64,000 nucleotides of DNA from Octopus sinensis (taxonomy: Eukaryota), in the NCBI RefSeq assembly GCF_006345805.1, contig NC_043004.1:57908001-57972000 (forward strand), read 5' to 3'. Shown here piece by piece: positions 1 to 13,719 of this stretch. Both the position numbers and the translations under genes were made by a program. Position 1 is the first letter of the stretch. Each line of letters begins with the position of its first letter. The notes under the pieces are model-generated. The model worked only from the letters and a program-made list of their open reading frames with translations, made no database searches and was not told where the DNA came from.

Positions 1-159
1 ATCTGTATTTTTTTTATTTTTTATTTGCCCTGTTCGTGTGAGCTAACAATCGTACTGACTTTCATGTGAAACATGTATTTTTGTGGTTGAAACCTTTTGG
101 ATTTTCTAGTGCTAGAATGAGCCACATAGTGACCATTCTCTTATATTTATTTTTGTGTA

Positions 160-687
160 TATATATATATATAGTATATATATATATATGATATATATAT
201 ATGTATATATTATATATATATATATTATATATGTATATATATATATATGTAATATATATATACATATAATATATATATACATATATATATATATTAATAT
301 ATATATATATAATATATGTATATATATGTATATATATGTATATATATAACATATATATATATGTATATATATATACATATATATATACATATACATATAT
401 ATATACATATATATATATATGTATATATATGTATATATATGTATATATATGTATATATATATGTAATATATATATATATGTATATATATGTATATATATG
501 TATAATATATATATATATATACATATATACATATATATACATATATATATATAATATATATACATATATATATATATATAACATATATATACATATATAT
601 ATATATACATATATATACATATATAATACATATACATATACATATATATACATATAATATACATATATATACATATATATACATATA
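160..687. repeat. Compound (TA)n/(TACA)n microsatellite
   Basis: Directly visible; source of the spurious Y/I/M-rich ORFs in the track. Confidence 0.95.
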
Positions 688-3600
688 TGCAAATTCACCC
701 ATTTACCTGGAACAAAACGCTCTATCCCCACAAACTACAACAGCCACCACCATAATACATACTCTATTACAACACCACCACAACCACCAATATCTCTAAC
801 AAGGAATCCCCAAATCTGCCGCTATTCCCAGCGAGACAGATTGTGTTTGCACAGGGATTGTCCCTTTACCCATCTCCCGGGGACTCGTCGGACAAATGAA
901 AATAAAAATAAAAATAAAAACCAAAAAACCTACGACTCATATAGAAATAACCACTCATATAAAGATAACCACAACCACAACCACAGTCACCTACAGTTCC
1001 CTAGACAGGAAACTTCTTCTTCCTCTTTTTTAGCTATAATGAATCTAGCAAAAGAACTGGAAAAAAACATCCGAGCTATCACCCACCACCATCCACCACT
1101 ATCACCCCACTGCACATTAAAAAGCAAACAAATAAGCAAAACACCAAAACAATTAAAACCAACCCCTCTCGCCTCAACATTTTTCCTTAATGCCCAAGGC
1201 ATCAGCCCTTCCACCAATACTCAAAAATGGAAGATAAAATTCCTGGAGGACTGAGTCGATGCTCATCCAAACCACATCCCTTTCTTCGTCCTCACTGAAA
1301 CGCATCTTAGTAACCTCCACTTGGAAGCCGAGGTGAAAGTTAAAAATTTCAAAGCCATTCGTGCTGATCGTGCTGGCAGAAGAAAGGGTAGGACTGCCAT
1401 TTATGTTCATGATTCATTCTCAACAGAAGCTATGAACATATTTTACAATGGATACTGCGAAGCAGTCGCTGTATTCAGTCAAACCAACAACTTAACAGTA
1501 GTTGGGCTCTACAGACCACCCCAAACGCCCCTACCATACTTCAAGGAATGCCTCAACAACATAAAGTGTTTCATTCAGCAGTGTCAACCTTCCCGGGGTT
1601 GACTGGTCTACAAACAGTCTGCCGCTAGGTTCTTCTCTCTCAACCCCTGACAGGGAGGCAGTGGAATCACTTCTTGACTTCATGGATGATTTCTTCCTGT
1701 CCCAACTAGTGCTCAAACCAACGAGATGTCACAAAAACGTCTTAGACTTAATATTCATCAATCACACTGATACTATCCACAATATTGCAGTGGAGAAAAC
1801 CCTACTCTCCGACCATGACATGGTTCTCTGTGATCTGAGATTTCACTGGCCAAAATGCAAAACAAATGTCATTCCTCCTGTTCATCCATTTGACACTATG
1901 GATTTCCACAATGCAAACTGGGAAGCGATCAATAATGATCTTGCACAAGTCGATTGGTCCTTCACGCACACATACACACCCACTAATATCAAAAACATCA
2001 AAAAGTCTTGGCAGTCATTTGTAGACACCATTACTAACATATGTGCAAAACACACCCCATTAAGATCTGCAAACAAATCTAATTGTCGAATCCCTAGAAA
2101 TAGAAAATCCCTCATCAGGAAAATTAAAAGAATTAACAAAAAAATCAACAAGCTGAAATACTGTCCACAGCAACACACCAACCTGACTGCCATCTCGTCG
2201 CTAGAGATTAAAAAACATAAACTTCAAAACAACATGATGTTTATCATCAATAGTAAGAAGAGCTGAAGAGGCCTGGGCCATTGAGAAGATCAAACACAAT
2301 CCCAAAGTGTTCTTTTCATTTGCAAAAAAAACACAGAGTCACTGGTTCTACTGTTGGCCCTCTGATTGATGAAAATGGTACTCTTCAAGACAATGCCAAA
2401 ACCATGGGAGAGATATTGCAGAAACAATATTGCTCTGTTTTCAGCAATCCTGATATGACTGATCTGGGCTGTATCAGTGATATTACTCCCCAATACACTT
2501 TATCGGACATAACCTTTGGCGCTCCTGATGTCTTATCAGCAATAAAGGAAATGAAGCACAATTCAGCAGTAGGTCCCGATAAGTTCCCTGCTTGTGTCTT
2601 GAAGATGTGTCAACACCAACTTGCACCCCCTCTAGCCAATCTGTGGCGGAACTCACTGGATGCTGGATATATACCAGAAGACCTTCTATCCCAGTCTGTT
2701 GTCCCAGTTTTCAAAAAAGGAAACAAATCGCTTGCCGTGAATTACCGTCCAATCTCACTCACCTCTCATATCATTAAGGTATTTGAGAGAGTGCTGAGAT
2801 CGCGTATGACTCACTTCCTTGAGAGTCATAATATGCTGAACTCCAACCAGCATGGATTCCGTAATGGAAGAGATTGCCTGACGCAGCTACTGCATCATTT
2901 TGATGACATTTTGAGAGCCTTGGGAGAGGGTTCCAACACTGATGTCATCTACCTTGATTTCAGCAAGGCCTTTGACAGGGTTGATCATAAGATCCTTTTG
3001 AGAAAGCTGTCCAATATTGGTGTCACTGGAAAGCTGCTGCAGTGGATCAAGTGCTTCCTGTCTAACAGAACCCAACATGTTGTAGTCGAAGGAGTCAAAT
3101 TCAGCCCAGCCAAAGTCAGCAGTGGTGTCCCACAAGACACTGTGTTGGGCCCACTTTTCTTCATCATCTACATAAATGATATTACTGACACCATCAAACA
3201 CAGTAACATCAGAACCTTCGCTGATGATTCCAAGCTCCAGAAGGTCATCAATGGCGTGGATGACCGAATAAGCCTTCAGTCAGACCTACTGGCTGTTGTC
3301 CAATGGGCGGAAAAGAACATGTTGCTAAACGAAGACAAATTCGAACTGATCCACTTTGGAAGGGAGGAAGCTCTGAAACTCCCATACTCCCTTCCTTCTG
3401 GAGAAATTTTCATGGCGTCTAACAACATCAGAGACTTGGGAGTAACAATGGACAACAACATAAGCTGGGCTACACATATAAGCAGCAAAGTTGACATGGC
3501 CCGCAGAATGTGTTCCTGGATTCTCAGAACCTTCCAGTCGAGAGATTCCCACACCATTATCCTTCTCTTCTCCACTTTTGCCCGACCCCACCTTGAATAC

Positions 3601-4188
3601 TGCTGTCCACTGTGGTCTCCCTACACAAAACAAAATATTATGAGAATTGAAGCTCCCCAAAGGTCAATCACAAAAAAGATAGATGGCATGTCAGACCTTG
3701 ACTACTGGGGTAGACTAGAGAAACTGAAACTGTATTCACTCCAACGACGCCGTGAAGGCTACATTATCTGTATGTTGTGGAAAATATTCCATCAGCACTG
3801 TCCGAATGATGTTGGCAACACCTTCAAAATACATCCAAGGCTTGGACCACGTGCCATCCGTCCACAACAAAAATCTAAATCGCATCACATAACGACAATA
3901 CGGCACAATTATTTCACCTCAATTGGACACGCTCTCTTCAAACATTACACCAGGACACGTCAAAACAGAAACTGACCACACAAAATTCAAGAAGTCTTTG
4001 GACAAATTCCTTCAAACAGTCCTGGATAAACCACCCACACCCGGATATGTCTCCGCAAACAATAACTCTCTGCTCGAATGGGCTTCGGTGCCCAAATCCT
4101 GAATTGAAAGACTTCGCCAGGTTATGCTATTAAGTTAGACATGGCCTGGGCCAATACTGGCCAAAACCTTTCTAAGTTATTCTAAGTT
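688..4188 (+). mobile_element. Decayed CR1/L2-group non-LTR retrotransposon (LINE): CCCH zinc-finger region, APE endonuclease, reverse transcriptase, 3' UTR with short tandem tail
   Basis: APE motifs FLNAQGI, VLTETHL, GLYRPP, FNLP, NVLDLIF, SDHDMV. RT motifs NYRPISLTS, QHGFR, VIYLDFSKAFDRVDH, SGVPQDTVLGP, FADDSKL, LEYCCPLWSP. C-terminus FKKSLDKFLQTVLDKPPTPGY..NSLLEW reached after a frameshift. In-frame TGA at 1252-1254 and frameshifts near 1585, 2250, 2325 and 3940. Ends in TTCTAAGTTA x2 before (TA)n. Confidence 0.92.
2281..4102 (+). pseudogene. Reverse transcriptase domain of the LINE (disrupted ORF2)
   Basis: ORF 2281-3975 carries all RT core motifs (FADD catalytic motif). The reading frame continues after a shift near 3940 to a stop near 4100. 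Confidence 0.9.
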
Positions 4189-4445
<257 letters not shown>

Positions 4446-4943
4446 GTCAGAGTATAATATGTATCTATTTTTTTTTAAGAAGAGTAAAACTCTCCAAAGC
4501 CACGCATCTCTCACTATATGTAAACACACACGGAAAATGTAGCAAATACATATAGAAAAACGGTTCTTCCAATTTGTGAAACTATATATAGGCGGGTAGA
4601 TATCCCAGTATCAATTGATTTTGCTTTCTGCGTTGAATTGGCACTTAAAGCTCGTCAGCTAGGCTTACTACGTAAACTATTTTTTTTTAATATATTAACC
4701 TTTCCGTGCGCGTTTTACTAAATGTATTTGCTACATTCTCCGTGCATGTTTACATATAGAGAGAGATACGTGGTTTTGGAGACTTATATCTTTCTTTCAA
4801 GCAAAAAAGTACATATTGTACCCAGCCTTTTAATATATATTTGCATATTTGGATTATGCTTGCTGGCCACTTTATCATTATTTTTTAAAGATAATCATAA
4901 CTTATTTAACGTTGAATATATATGCCATATGTGAGAGAGTGTG

Positions 4944-4975
<32 letters not shown>

Positions 4976-5163
4976 GTATGTGTGTGTATTATGCACAGGA
5001 AGGTTGTCAACTGACGGTCCTGCGCACTTACCTTCACGTCAGTTCATGGCTGTCTAAACGAGCAATAGGTTCAGGAGAAAAAAATAACGGACTTATAGAA
5101 GTCAAATTGGCAACATTTCAAATGCCATCGCATTGTCCGATAACTATTCAGTATTTTTGGATC

Positions 5164-5328
5164 AACAGGGCTACCTTTGGTTTAATACCGAGAATTCTTA
5201 GCAACTGTCAAGCCTGCCACATGAAACGATGTTATTCGCATCCAAAATGCAGATGAGAATCAGCCTCCTACGTGGCAGGCTTGATAATTGAGAAGAATTC
5301 TCAGCATGAAACCAATGGTAGCCTTGTT
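5164..5328. repeat. Old diverged inverted repeat (about 57-bp arms, about 50-nt spacer)
   Basis: AACAGGGCTACCTTTGGTTT...TCAAGCCTGCCAC (5164-5220) is roughly 80% complementary to GTGGCAGGCTTGA...GGTAGCCTTGTT (5272-5328). Confidence 0.75.
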
Positions 5329-5369
5329 AACCCACGAATATAAATAAAGTGCATGTATGTATGTGTGTG

Positions 5370-5580
5370 TATTGTAAATATAGCTCAGATTTACAGAAAA
5401 CAAAAGACGAAGACAAGTGAGGAACAACATGCAGGTGTTTTAGTTTCAGGCTCGTGAAGAATGGAAAAGTCTTTGATGTTTGGAGCCTACGTTCTTCGAC
5501 AGAAAAGTTTGAAAGAGAAAAAAGAAGACACAACAACAAAAAACGATTGACAAAAAACATGTAGGGATTAGCAGTTCAAC
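5370..5580 (-). mobile_element. Decayed copy of the about 200-bp hammerhead-like repeat family (family E)
   Basis: Shares GAAAACAAAAGACGAAGAC and GAGCCTACG.TCTTC.ACAGAAA with the copy at 36349-36549. Confidence 0.6.
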
Positions 5581-6084
5581 ATGATGAATGTACGTGTTAA
5601 ATTATTAGCTTTGATCTAACAAGCGAGAAAGGAAATTTGTTTTTCAGTCATATTTATATATCATTGAGAAATATGAAAATTAGTCATACCAAGTTGTTTG
5701 TATGGAAATGTACCTTTAATTGATAGTTCTTTCGATATTGAGTATAATAAAAGAAATTAAAGGGTGGACAAGGTTACTCACGGGATATTCCTAATTAATG
5801 ATGCATAATTTCTCTCACAGTAGTTTGCCTTATTTCAGAATTGTGTTATGCACAAATGCTTTGTAGTTCTCGTAACAGAATATGAAACGAGTTAGAACTC
5901 CACAGTCTACCTTGTCCATTTTTCTGCCACATTGTACATATAGATTTTGTATGTAGACAGATGCACTACACAAATGGGTGGGTAATAATTTAATGTATTA
6001 CAAAATATTATTGAATGCATATGCATACATGCACACACATACACGCATACATGCAAATATATGTATATATATATATGTATATAT

Positions 6085-6418
6085 ATATAAGAAAAAGGGA
6101 CAGGCAACAGGTTGCTTGACCGCATACCGAAAAAGTAGAAATAGCAGTCAAAAATGCTTATTTCTATTTTCCACAAATGGGGCTCCAGGCACGACAAACC
6201 CTGTAATTCACATATGCAAAACAGAAGGGATAGATATTCGAAAACGCACCAGATTTCGTTTTCGAATATCTATCCCTTCTGTTTTGCATATGTGAATTAC
6301 AGGGTTTGTCGTGCCTGGAGCCCCATTTATGGAAAATAGAAATAAGCATTTTTGACTGCTATTTCTACTTTTCGGTATGCGGTCAAGCAACCTGTTGCCT
6401 GTCCCTTTTTCTTATATA
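6085..6418. mobile_element. Near-perfect fold-back (palindromic) element in TA repeat
   Basis: Arms 6085-6246 and 6257-6418, 10-nt loop CACCAGATTT; only two differences seen between arms. Confidence 0.85.
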
Positions 6419-6567
6419 CAATATATATACTGAACTTTACAGAAGTTCCTGCCGGTAATCGGCTATATTTACATACCGAATTCTACCAGTAAATAATTGT
6501 GGTCTTTTTTTTAAAAACCATTATAGAAATTATTTACCCTTATTATTATTATTATATATATATATAT

Positions 6568-6617
<50 letters not shown>

Positions 6618-6762
6618 CAAATAAGAAAATGGAGAGGATAAAAAATCGACAAACATCAGCCAGTAAACATTGCATTATGTATTTATTAAATGATAACAAA
6701 CATGTGTTGAAGTGCTACAAGTAAACGAATAACATCAGCCATTAAATACGTATACCTCAAAG

Positions 6763-6833
<71 letters not shown>

Positions 6834-6867
6834 CATATATATATTATATATTATATATATATATATC

Positions 6868-6902
<35 letters not shown>

Positions 6903-7725
6903 CATACATATATATATATATGTCCGTGTATACATGCGGATATTCTGTTGTATGTATGTATATGTACGCGCGTGCGTGTGGGTGTATGTATGTTTATGTA
7001 CATGTTTACACGTCAGTGCGTGTGTATGCTTATAGGCTTGGAGCCGTGTATGCGCGCGTATATGTGCGCGTGTATATGGGCGTATGTATCCATGATGGTA
7101 TGTATGTACAAGATGACCAATTAATTCAAAGAACTAGATTAAACGCTCAACAGCTCTGATTTACAACACGCTAGGTCCCCAGACAACTTCTACAACTAAA
7201 CTTTATCAATCTCCTGACCACCATGTTTGGTCCGTAACCTCTATACATCCCTTATCTTTATATTTTTTTATATTTTTTTACATTTTTATCATGTTTATTC
7301 CTATTTTTATTTTTTTACTTTTTACTTTTATTTCTATTTCTATCTTTACTTTATAACCTTATGCCTTTACATTCATTTATATTTCTTTATATTTCTTTAT
7401 ATTCTTTATACCCCCTTTACATCTCCTTATATCCCTTTATATCTTTATACTCTACATTTTTATATTTTTCTATACTTACACTTTTTATACATACATTTTT
7501 TATCCCTCGTCCTGAATTCTCGCCCCTCCATCTTCACGTCTATATATGTATTTATTTATTTACATTACTTCAACATCCAATTTTCTCATTCTACATTGAG
7601 AGAAGAAAGAGATGGACGCTTCAATTCTATGCTGTTGCCGCATTATGTCGTACGCGAATGAGAGGATTTGCATCCCCAACCAAGAATTTTTGATGTAACA
7701 CATGTCCTTGTGGAAGCTGTTGTGC

Positions 7726-7803
7726 GCGGCTGAAGAAGGCCACAGACATACATTATGCATTGTTATAAATCTGTCTAATAAAGGCCCGAAACATATGTAC
7801 CGC
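7726..7803 (+). ncRNA. Type I hammerhead ribozyme motif
   Basis: Stem I GCGG/CCGC; core CTGAAGA (7730-7736); stem II GGCC/GGCC with an A.C closing mismatch; GAAA (7788-7791); palindromic stem III ACATATGT; cleavage triplet GTA (7797-7799). Confidence 0.65.
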
Positions 7804-8628
7804 TGAATCCTTGGCATCATGTTTTTATTTTGATCAATTTACTCCACCACCTACACCACCAAACGGTATACACAGATGCTTATAATTATCAAGTACTCAC
7901 CCCGAATTTCTATATATAGATATATATAGATATATATACATACATATATATACATATAAATATATACATATAAATATATACATACATATATACATATATA
8001 TCTATATATATACATACATATATATATATATATATATAATAATAGTTATCGCCATACTAATATGGCATTCTTATAAAAATAAGAATAAAGCTGTCCGCTT
8101 ATTAGCTCAATGAGGCCATCGCCTTAAGTTAGCTATTTGATACACAAACTGTATCCATATAACCTTCGTTCTTTTAGAGAGACTTAGTAATTTTAATATT
8201 TCTATTATATATATATATATATATATATTATCGTATTCAACTATACTTGGTGTGAATAACACCTACATTGCTAGAAGTAGGAGCTACAATTCTCCAATGT
8301 TGTTACAAACCACATAATATATATTCTTATAGAGGCTGCAATCGCCCCGAACACCGAACCGAGAACTCCTCACACTGACCAGCCAGCTTCGGCAATTTCC
8401 CTTGCCATCTTCTGTAAGGCCAGCTCATTCTGTTGATTCCGAGCTAGCTCGCCTATCAGAGTATATATATTCACCATAAAAATCTATGGATGATTTAGCA
8501 ACGGTTCGATGTTCGGTGTTTTTCATTCGATCAGTATTATCCCACTTTAATATATATCTAGTGATGTTTAGGTAGTTCCTTGTGTATCGCTGCATCTTTT
8601 ACAAGAATAATTAAACGTTTATAAATGA

Positions 8629-9014
8629 CAAGCAGTATCGCCCGGCGTTGCTCGGGTTTGTAAGGGAAATAACTATAAAGCATTTTTAGAGAGTTATAGC
8701 TAAAAATAGCAAAAAATGCCTTAAAAATGGAAGAAATATGATGGTAATTTTTTTTTTAATCCTTGACTCATCGTAGACATTTTTAGAGAGTTACTTCCCT
8801 TTAAAAAATATGCATTAAAATGGAAAAAAATGATGGTAAATTATTTTTAAAATCGTAGACTCATCGTAGACGCGCGCTAATACCCAGAAGGGCTCGATAT
8901 GAATCACGACTATAAGATACCCGGTTTTGGTTAAACTACACCGCAAAATGTGGGAGTAGTTAGGAATCTAAATCGGAGTAGACAGACACACAACTTCACT
9001 TTTATATATAAAGA
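8629..9014 (-). mobile_element. Non-autonomous Helitron
   Basis: On the minus strand: 5' A|TC TTTATATA start, 3' hairpin CCCGAGCAACGCCGGG, terminal CTTG (variant of CTAG) followed by T; no TSD. Confidence 0.85.
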
Positions 9015-9271
9015 TTTCAAAGAAATGCAGTTGCTAAAAGTTCGCAAGGTTAAATGTACTCATCAATCTGAATGTAAAAGGTGGGAAACTAATTTGCCTT
9101 TAATGATTCATAACTATTTCATTACGGTGATTTAAGGAAGCAGACGTTGATATATTTGACAAATAATCATAATACAGTTATTTAGATTACAGGTCATATC
9201 AACGCCTTTTGCCTCTCAAACATACTGAATAACATTATTTGGTATCGTTTATCTGGGTATAATATGTATGT

Positions 9272-9636
9272 GGAGGCGCAATGACCCAGTGGTTAGGGCA
9301 GCGGATCGCGGTTTCGATTCCCAGACCGGACATTGTGAGTATTTATTGAGCGAAAACACCTAAAGCTCCACGAGGCTCCGGCAAGGGATGGTGGTGAACC
9401 CTGCTGTACTCTTTCACCACAACTTTCTCTCGCTCTTTCTTCCTGTTTCTCTTGTACCTGTATTTCAAAGGGCCAGCCTTGTCACACTCTGTGTCACGCT
9501 GAATCTCCTCGAGAACTACGTTAAGGGTACACGTGTCTGTGGAGTGCTCAGCCACTTGCACGTTAATATCACGAGCAAGCTGTTCCGTTGATCGTATCAG
9601 CTGGGACCCTCATCGTCGCAACCGACGAAGTGCTCC
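9272..9636 (+). mobile_element. tRNA-derived SINE, head B + tail X
   Basis: A-box-like TGACCCAGTGG and B-box-like GGTTTCGATTCC; TSD TATAATATGTATGT; homologous to 22273 and 54311. Confidence 0.9.
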
Positions 9637-10235
9637 TATAATATGTATGTCTGTTTGAATAGAGATTTAATCACTGGTGGCTATTTTCTGGGCAATATGT
9701 CTCTATTCTAATGGAAAAGCGAACAATTTCATGTGAATTGGTGCCAGTACAGAAAAAGGCATCATCAACATCAGATAAGAAAAAAAATTGCTGACGTTGG
9801 TCTTTCCCCGCACGCTTCCATCTGCTTTTTTGACTAAACAAAGAAGACATTCAGTAAAAGGAGAAGAAAAGTATTACAGAATGGCGATCAAACTCGAATG
9901 CGGTTGTGTAGAGAAAAGTGTCGAAGGCAAAATTGGAAGTATGCCGACGACTGCTATAAGTGTTATAAAAAAAGGAGAGAAATTCAATAAAGACTGTCCA
10001 TCAAGTACAGTTAAAAACAAAAGCTCATATATCAACTGAAAATGTTGCATAAAGCTCATATTCTGATCTGCCTTAGGCTATTACTAACGTTCTTCATCTG
10101 TAGCCACAGACAATATTATTATTACTGATAAATTCTAATAGATTATTTTAACAATATACTACATCAATGAAAAATTGCCCATAGCAGTACCTCTTACAAT
10201 CAATGACTATATCGAAAGTCTAACATTACTGATCG

Positions 10236-10306
<71 letters not shown>

Positions 10307-10478
10307 CTATTAAATTTACGAATTAATGACACTTAGTCTTCATGTTCACTCTTAGCGATAGATTAGCTAGTCAGCAGCAATATTTGAATTGGTTAGAAAT
10401 ACTATTCGGTATAATTAATGTTACTGACCATGTACAAACACATGGTAATTAGACAGCTGTGTGAGCGTTTCATTAACC

Positions 10479-10816
<338 letters not shown>

Positions 10817-10949
10817 ATATATATATTGAAAGGGGTAAACGTTTTTATTTCTCTTTCTATTTCAGAATTACAACTACTTAGCGGTATGAGTTTTGGCTGC
10901 TCTTTCTAGTGAGCCGAATGTCCTATTTGGCCATTCCTCATATTGTTGA

Positions 10950-10982
<33 letters not shown>

Positions 10983-10994
10983 CGTGTGTGTGTG

Positions 10995-11027
<33 letters not shown>

Positions 11028-11993
11028 GTGTGTGTGTGTGTGTTACTGTCTAATTTATCGTGATTGCGACAAAGACAAAAGTTAACCTGTCAGTTTTCTC
11101 TTATATCACACTGACAAATATGTGATTTAGTATACTTCTCAATTAGTCCTTTCATACTTCAGAAAGATCTTAACAGGCACCACGTCTCTAATATTCCTGA
11201 TCAAATAATATAGCAGACGCAAATATATTTTAGCTGGTTCATATTCCTATTAAATAGGTTTTCATATACATGACTACTGGTTATATTCTGCTGATTAGCT
11301 GTCGTTTATTATTTCTTAATTCTAACATATGTTGTTGCAGTCTCTATAAGCTTATATTAAATAACCATATAGATAATAGCTAATATATTTCAAAAATATA
11401 AGTTGCTGTTGCTCGCTTTAATGTTACACTTGTTATTTAGTCCGAGATACGAATGAATGCCTATGACGAAAATCACTGTAAGTGCAGCCATCCGGTCCCA
11501 TATTCAAGCTAAATCTGTGGCTCTACATATCCTAATTGAGGTTGTGTAAAATTACCAGCTTGTAGTATGATCTAAGGGAGTTCACTGTTATTTCTGTCAA
11601 CTCAAGCGACCATGTAAAGATAAATCGCTTGGATCCTATAACATTAATTTTAAATGTTTGTGACTTAAAATATAGCAGTTCCGTAGATGAGAAGATGATG
11701 ACTAATACATCGAACTTCCAATAAAGTACCGATCATTGAATCATCTCAACTAATTTTTATTTCAGTACAAAGTAGATAAGAGTTAACGTTTCATGTCTTG
11801 ACATTTCTTTTGAATTTATGTCACTTCACTAACACGGCGCAATTAGATCGCTTCTGTCAGAGTTTTATAACACCGAACCTTCTTATACACTAATGTCTTT
11901 ATGAATACGCATACGAGCATGCATGCAGGTAACCGGATACGCAGACATACATAGAGAAACACGCATGTATATGTGTGGATGCATGTGTATACG

Positions 11994-12058
<65 letters not shown>

Positions 12059-12225
12059 ATATATATATATATATATATATGGATAGATAGATAGATAGAT
12101 ACTAATGTTTAGATGCCAACATAACTTGGCAGTCCTGTAAAGGACGATGTTATTGTTGTTTTAGCCCCAGGGGAGCATCTTTTCCAGCTGGCTAACGACA
12201 CACAGTCTGTGTCCGTATATGTATG

Positions 12226-12262
<37 letters not shown>

Positions 12263-12414
12263 GTATATATATATATATATATACATACACGCACACACAT
12301 ACATAGAAAGAGAGAGGGAGAGCAGAAATTGTGTGTACGGTTACTGTTATGCTTAGTGCTCCACGTAGGATTTCATAGTCCACTCTGAGTTACGATCTAC
12401 ATAACTTTAATATA

Positions 12415-12558
12415 AACTTGTAGAAGTTTTTTTCCCAACCATATGTTTCCAGCTTCGATCCTCATTGCGTGACAACTTGGGCAAGTGTCTTCTAGTACAG
12501 ACCCGAGCCGACCAAAGCCTTCTGAGTGGATTGGTAAACAGAAACTGAAAGAAGCCCA

Positions 12559-12562
<4 letters not shown>
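12415..12562 (+). mobile_element. SINE family A, 5' fragment
   Basis: TTGGGCAAGTGTCTTCTA...GAAACTGAAAGAAGCCC matches the family A head. Confidence 0.75.
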
Positions 12563-12640
<78 letters not shown>

Positions 12641-12685
12641 CAAATCAAGATTAAAAACCAAACCACATATATATATGCATATGTA

Positions 12686-13070
12686 CAGGGGTTGGACTAT
12701 ATCATGCAAACACCTTCAAATTTCAAACAAATTTATTTTAATATGGGGTAGGACCGCCTTTGGTCGTAATTACAACTTGAATTCTACGAAGTATTAACTC
12801 GTACAAAGTTTGAATTATTTCCAAAGAAATTTTTGTCTATTCTTCAGCTAAAACAGTCTCCAGTTCTTATAGTGATGATGGTGGAGGATATCGACTCCTT
12901 ACTTGTTTTTCTAAAATGCACCATAAATGTTTAATAATATTGAGATCTGGGGATTGTGGTGGCTAAATAAGATGTCCAACTTCACTAGAATGTTCTTCGT
13001 GCCATTCGGTAACAATTTTAACTGTGTGAATAAGTGCATTTTCATCCTGAAAGATTGCGTTTCTAATACC
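12686..13070 (-). mobile_element. Tc1-like (DD34E) transposon, 3' fragment with TIR
   Basis: Minus-strand translation AIFQDENALIHTVKIVTEWHEEH...PPQSPDLNIIKHLW...KGGPTPY* with internal stops; terminus TA|CAGGGGTTGGAC. Confidence 0.88.
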
Positions 13071-13410
13071 AAGTTTAGAAAATCAGTTAAAATTTAGTGT
13101 TATTTATTATAGTAATTTACAGTACAATATAAATAACATATTTAAATGTATATTTTATAGATAATATCTTTCATTATTAATTGCATTACTTTATGAAGGT
13201 TCTGTCTCTTAATTCTATATATATATTATATATCGTGAAATTTGATTTAGAATTACTAAATTGTGTTTATTTTCCGCTGTTGCCTTGGAATTTTATATTC
13301 CCTACTATTAATAATTATATATATATATTTAAAATAAGGGTGAAAATTGAATAATATCAATTTATAACCAGTGCTCTAGCATATTGAAAAGTCTGAAGAT
13401 TCAGAAAAAT

Positions 13411-13719
13411 TATATTACATACATATAAGAGGGATGACCACTTAGTGGACATCCATTATGCTAGAAGTAGATCCCCTATGGTCTTACCACTAAGAATGGA
13501 TTGTTCTCAAGAAAGTTTAGCAAACGCCAGAACGTAAGCGAGCAAGGCAAATGAAAAGATACAAAATATATCTTTTTATTTGTCTTGCTCGCTTACGTTC
13601 TGGCGTTTGCTAAATATTCTTGAGAACAATCTCTTCTTAGTGGTAAGACTATAGCGGATCTACTTCTAGCATAATGGATGTCCACTTAGTGGTCATCCCA
13701 CTTATATTTATGTAATATA
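13411..13719. mobile_element. Fold-back element (about 150-bp arms) in TA context
   Basis: ATATAAGAGGGATGACCACTTAGTGG...GAAAAGATA mirrored by TATCTTTT...CCACTTAGTGGTCATCCCACTTATAT. Confidence 0.85.

Noticed and set aside
62-731. Long Y/I/M/C-rich ORFs (also at 4177, 43232, 49363, 53570 and elsewhere)
   Set aside because: Translations of TA/CA microsatellites, which lack stops in some frames; not coding.
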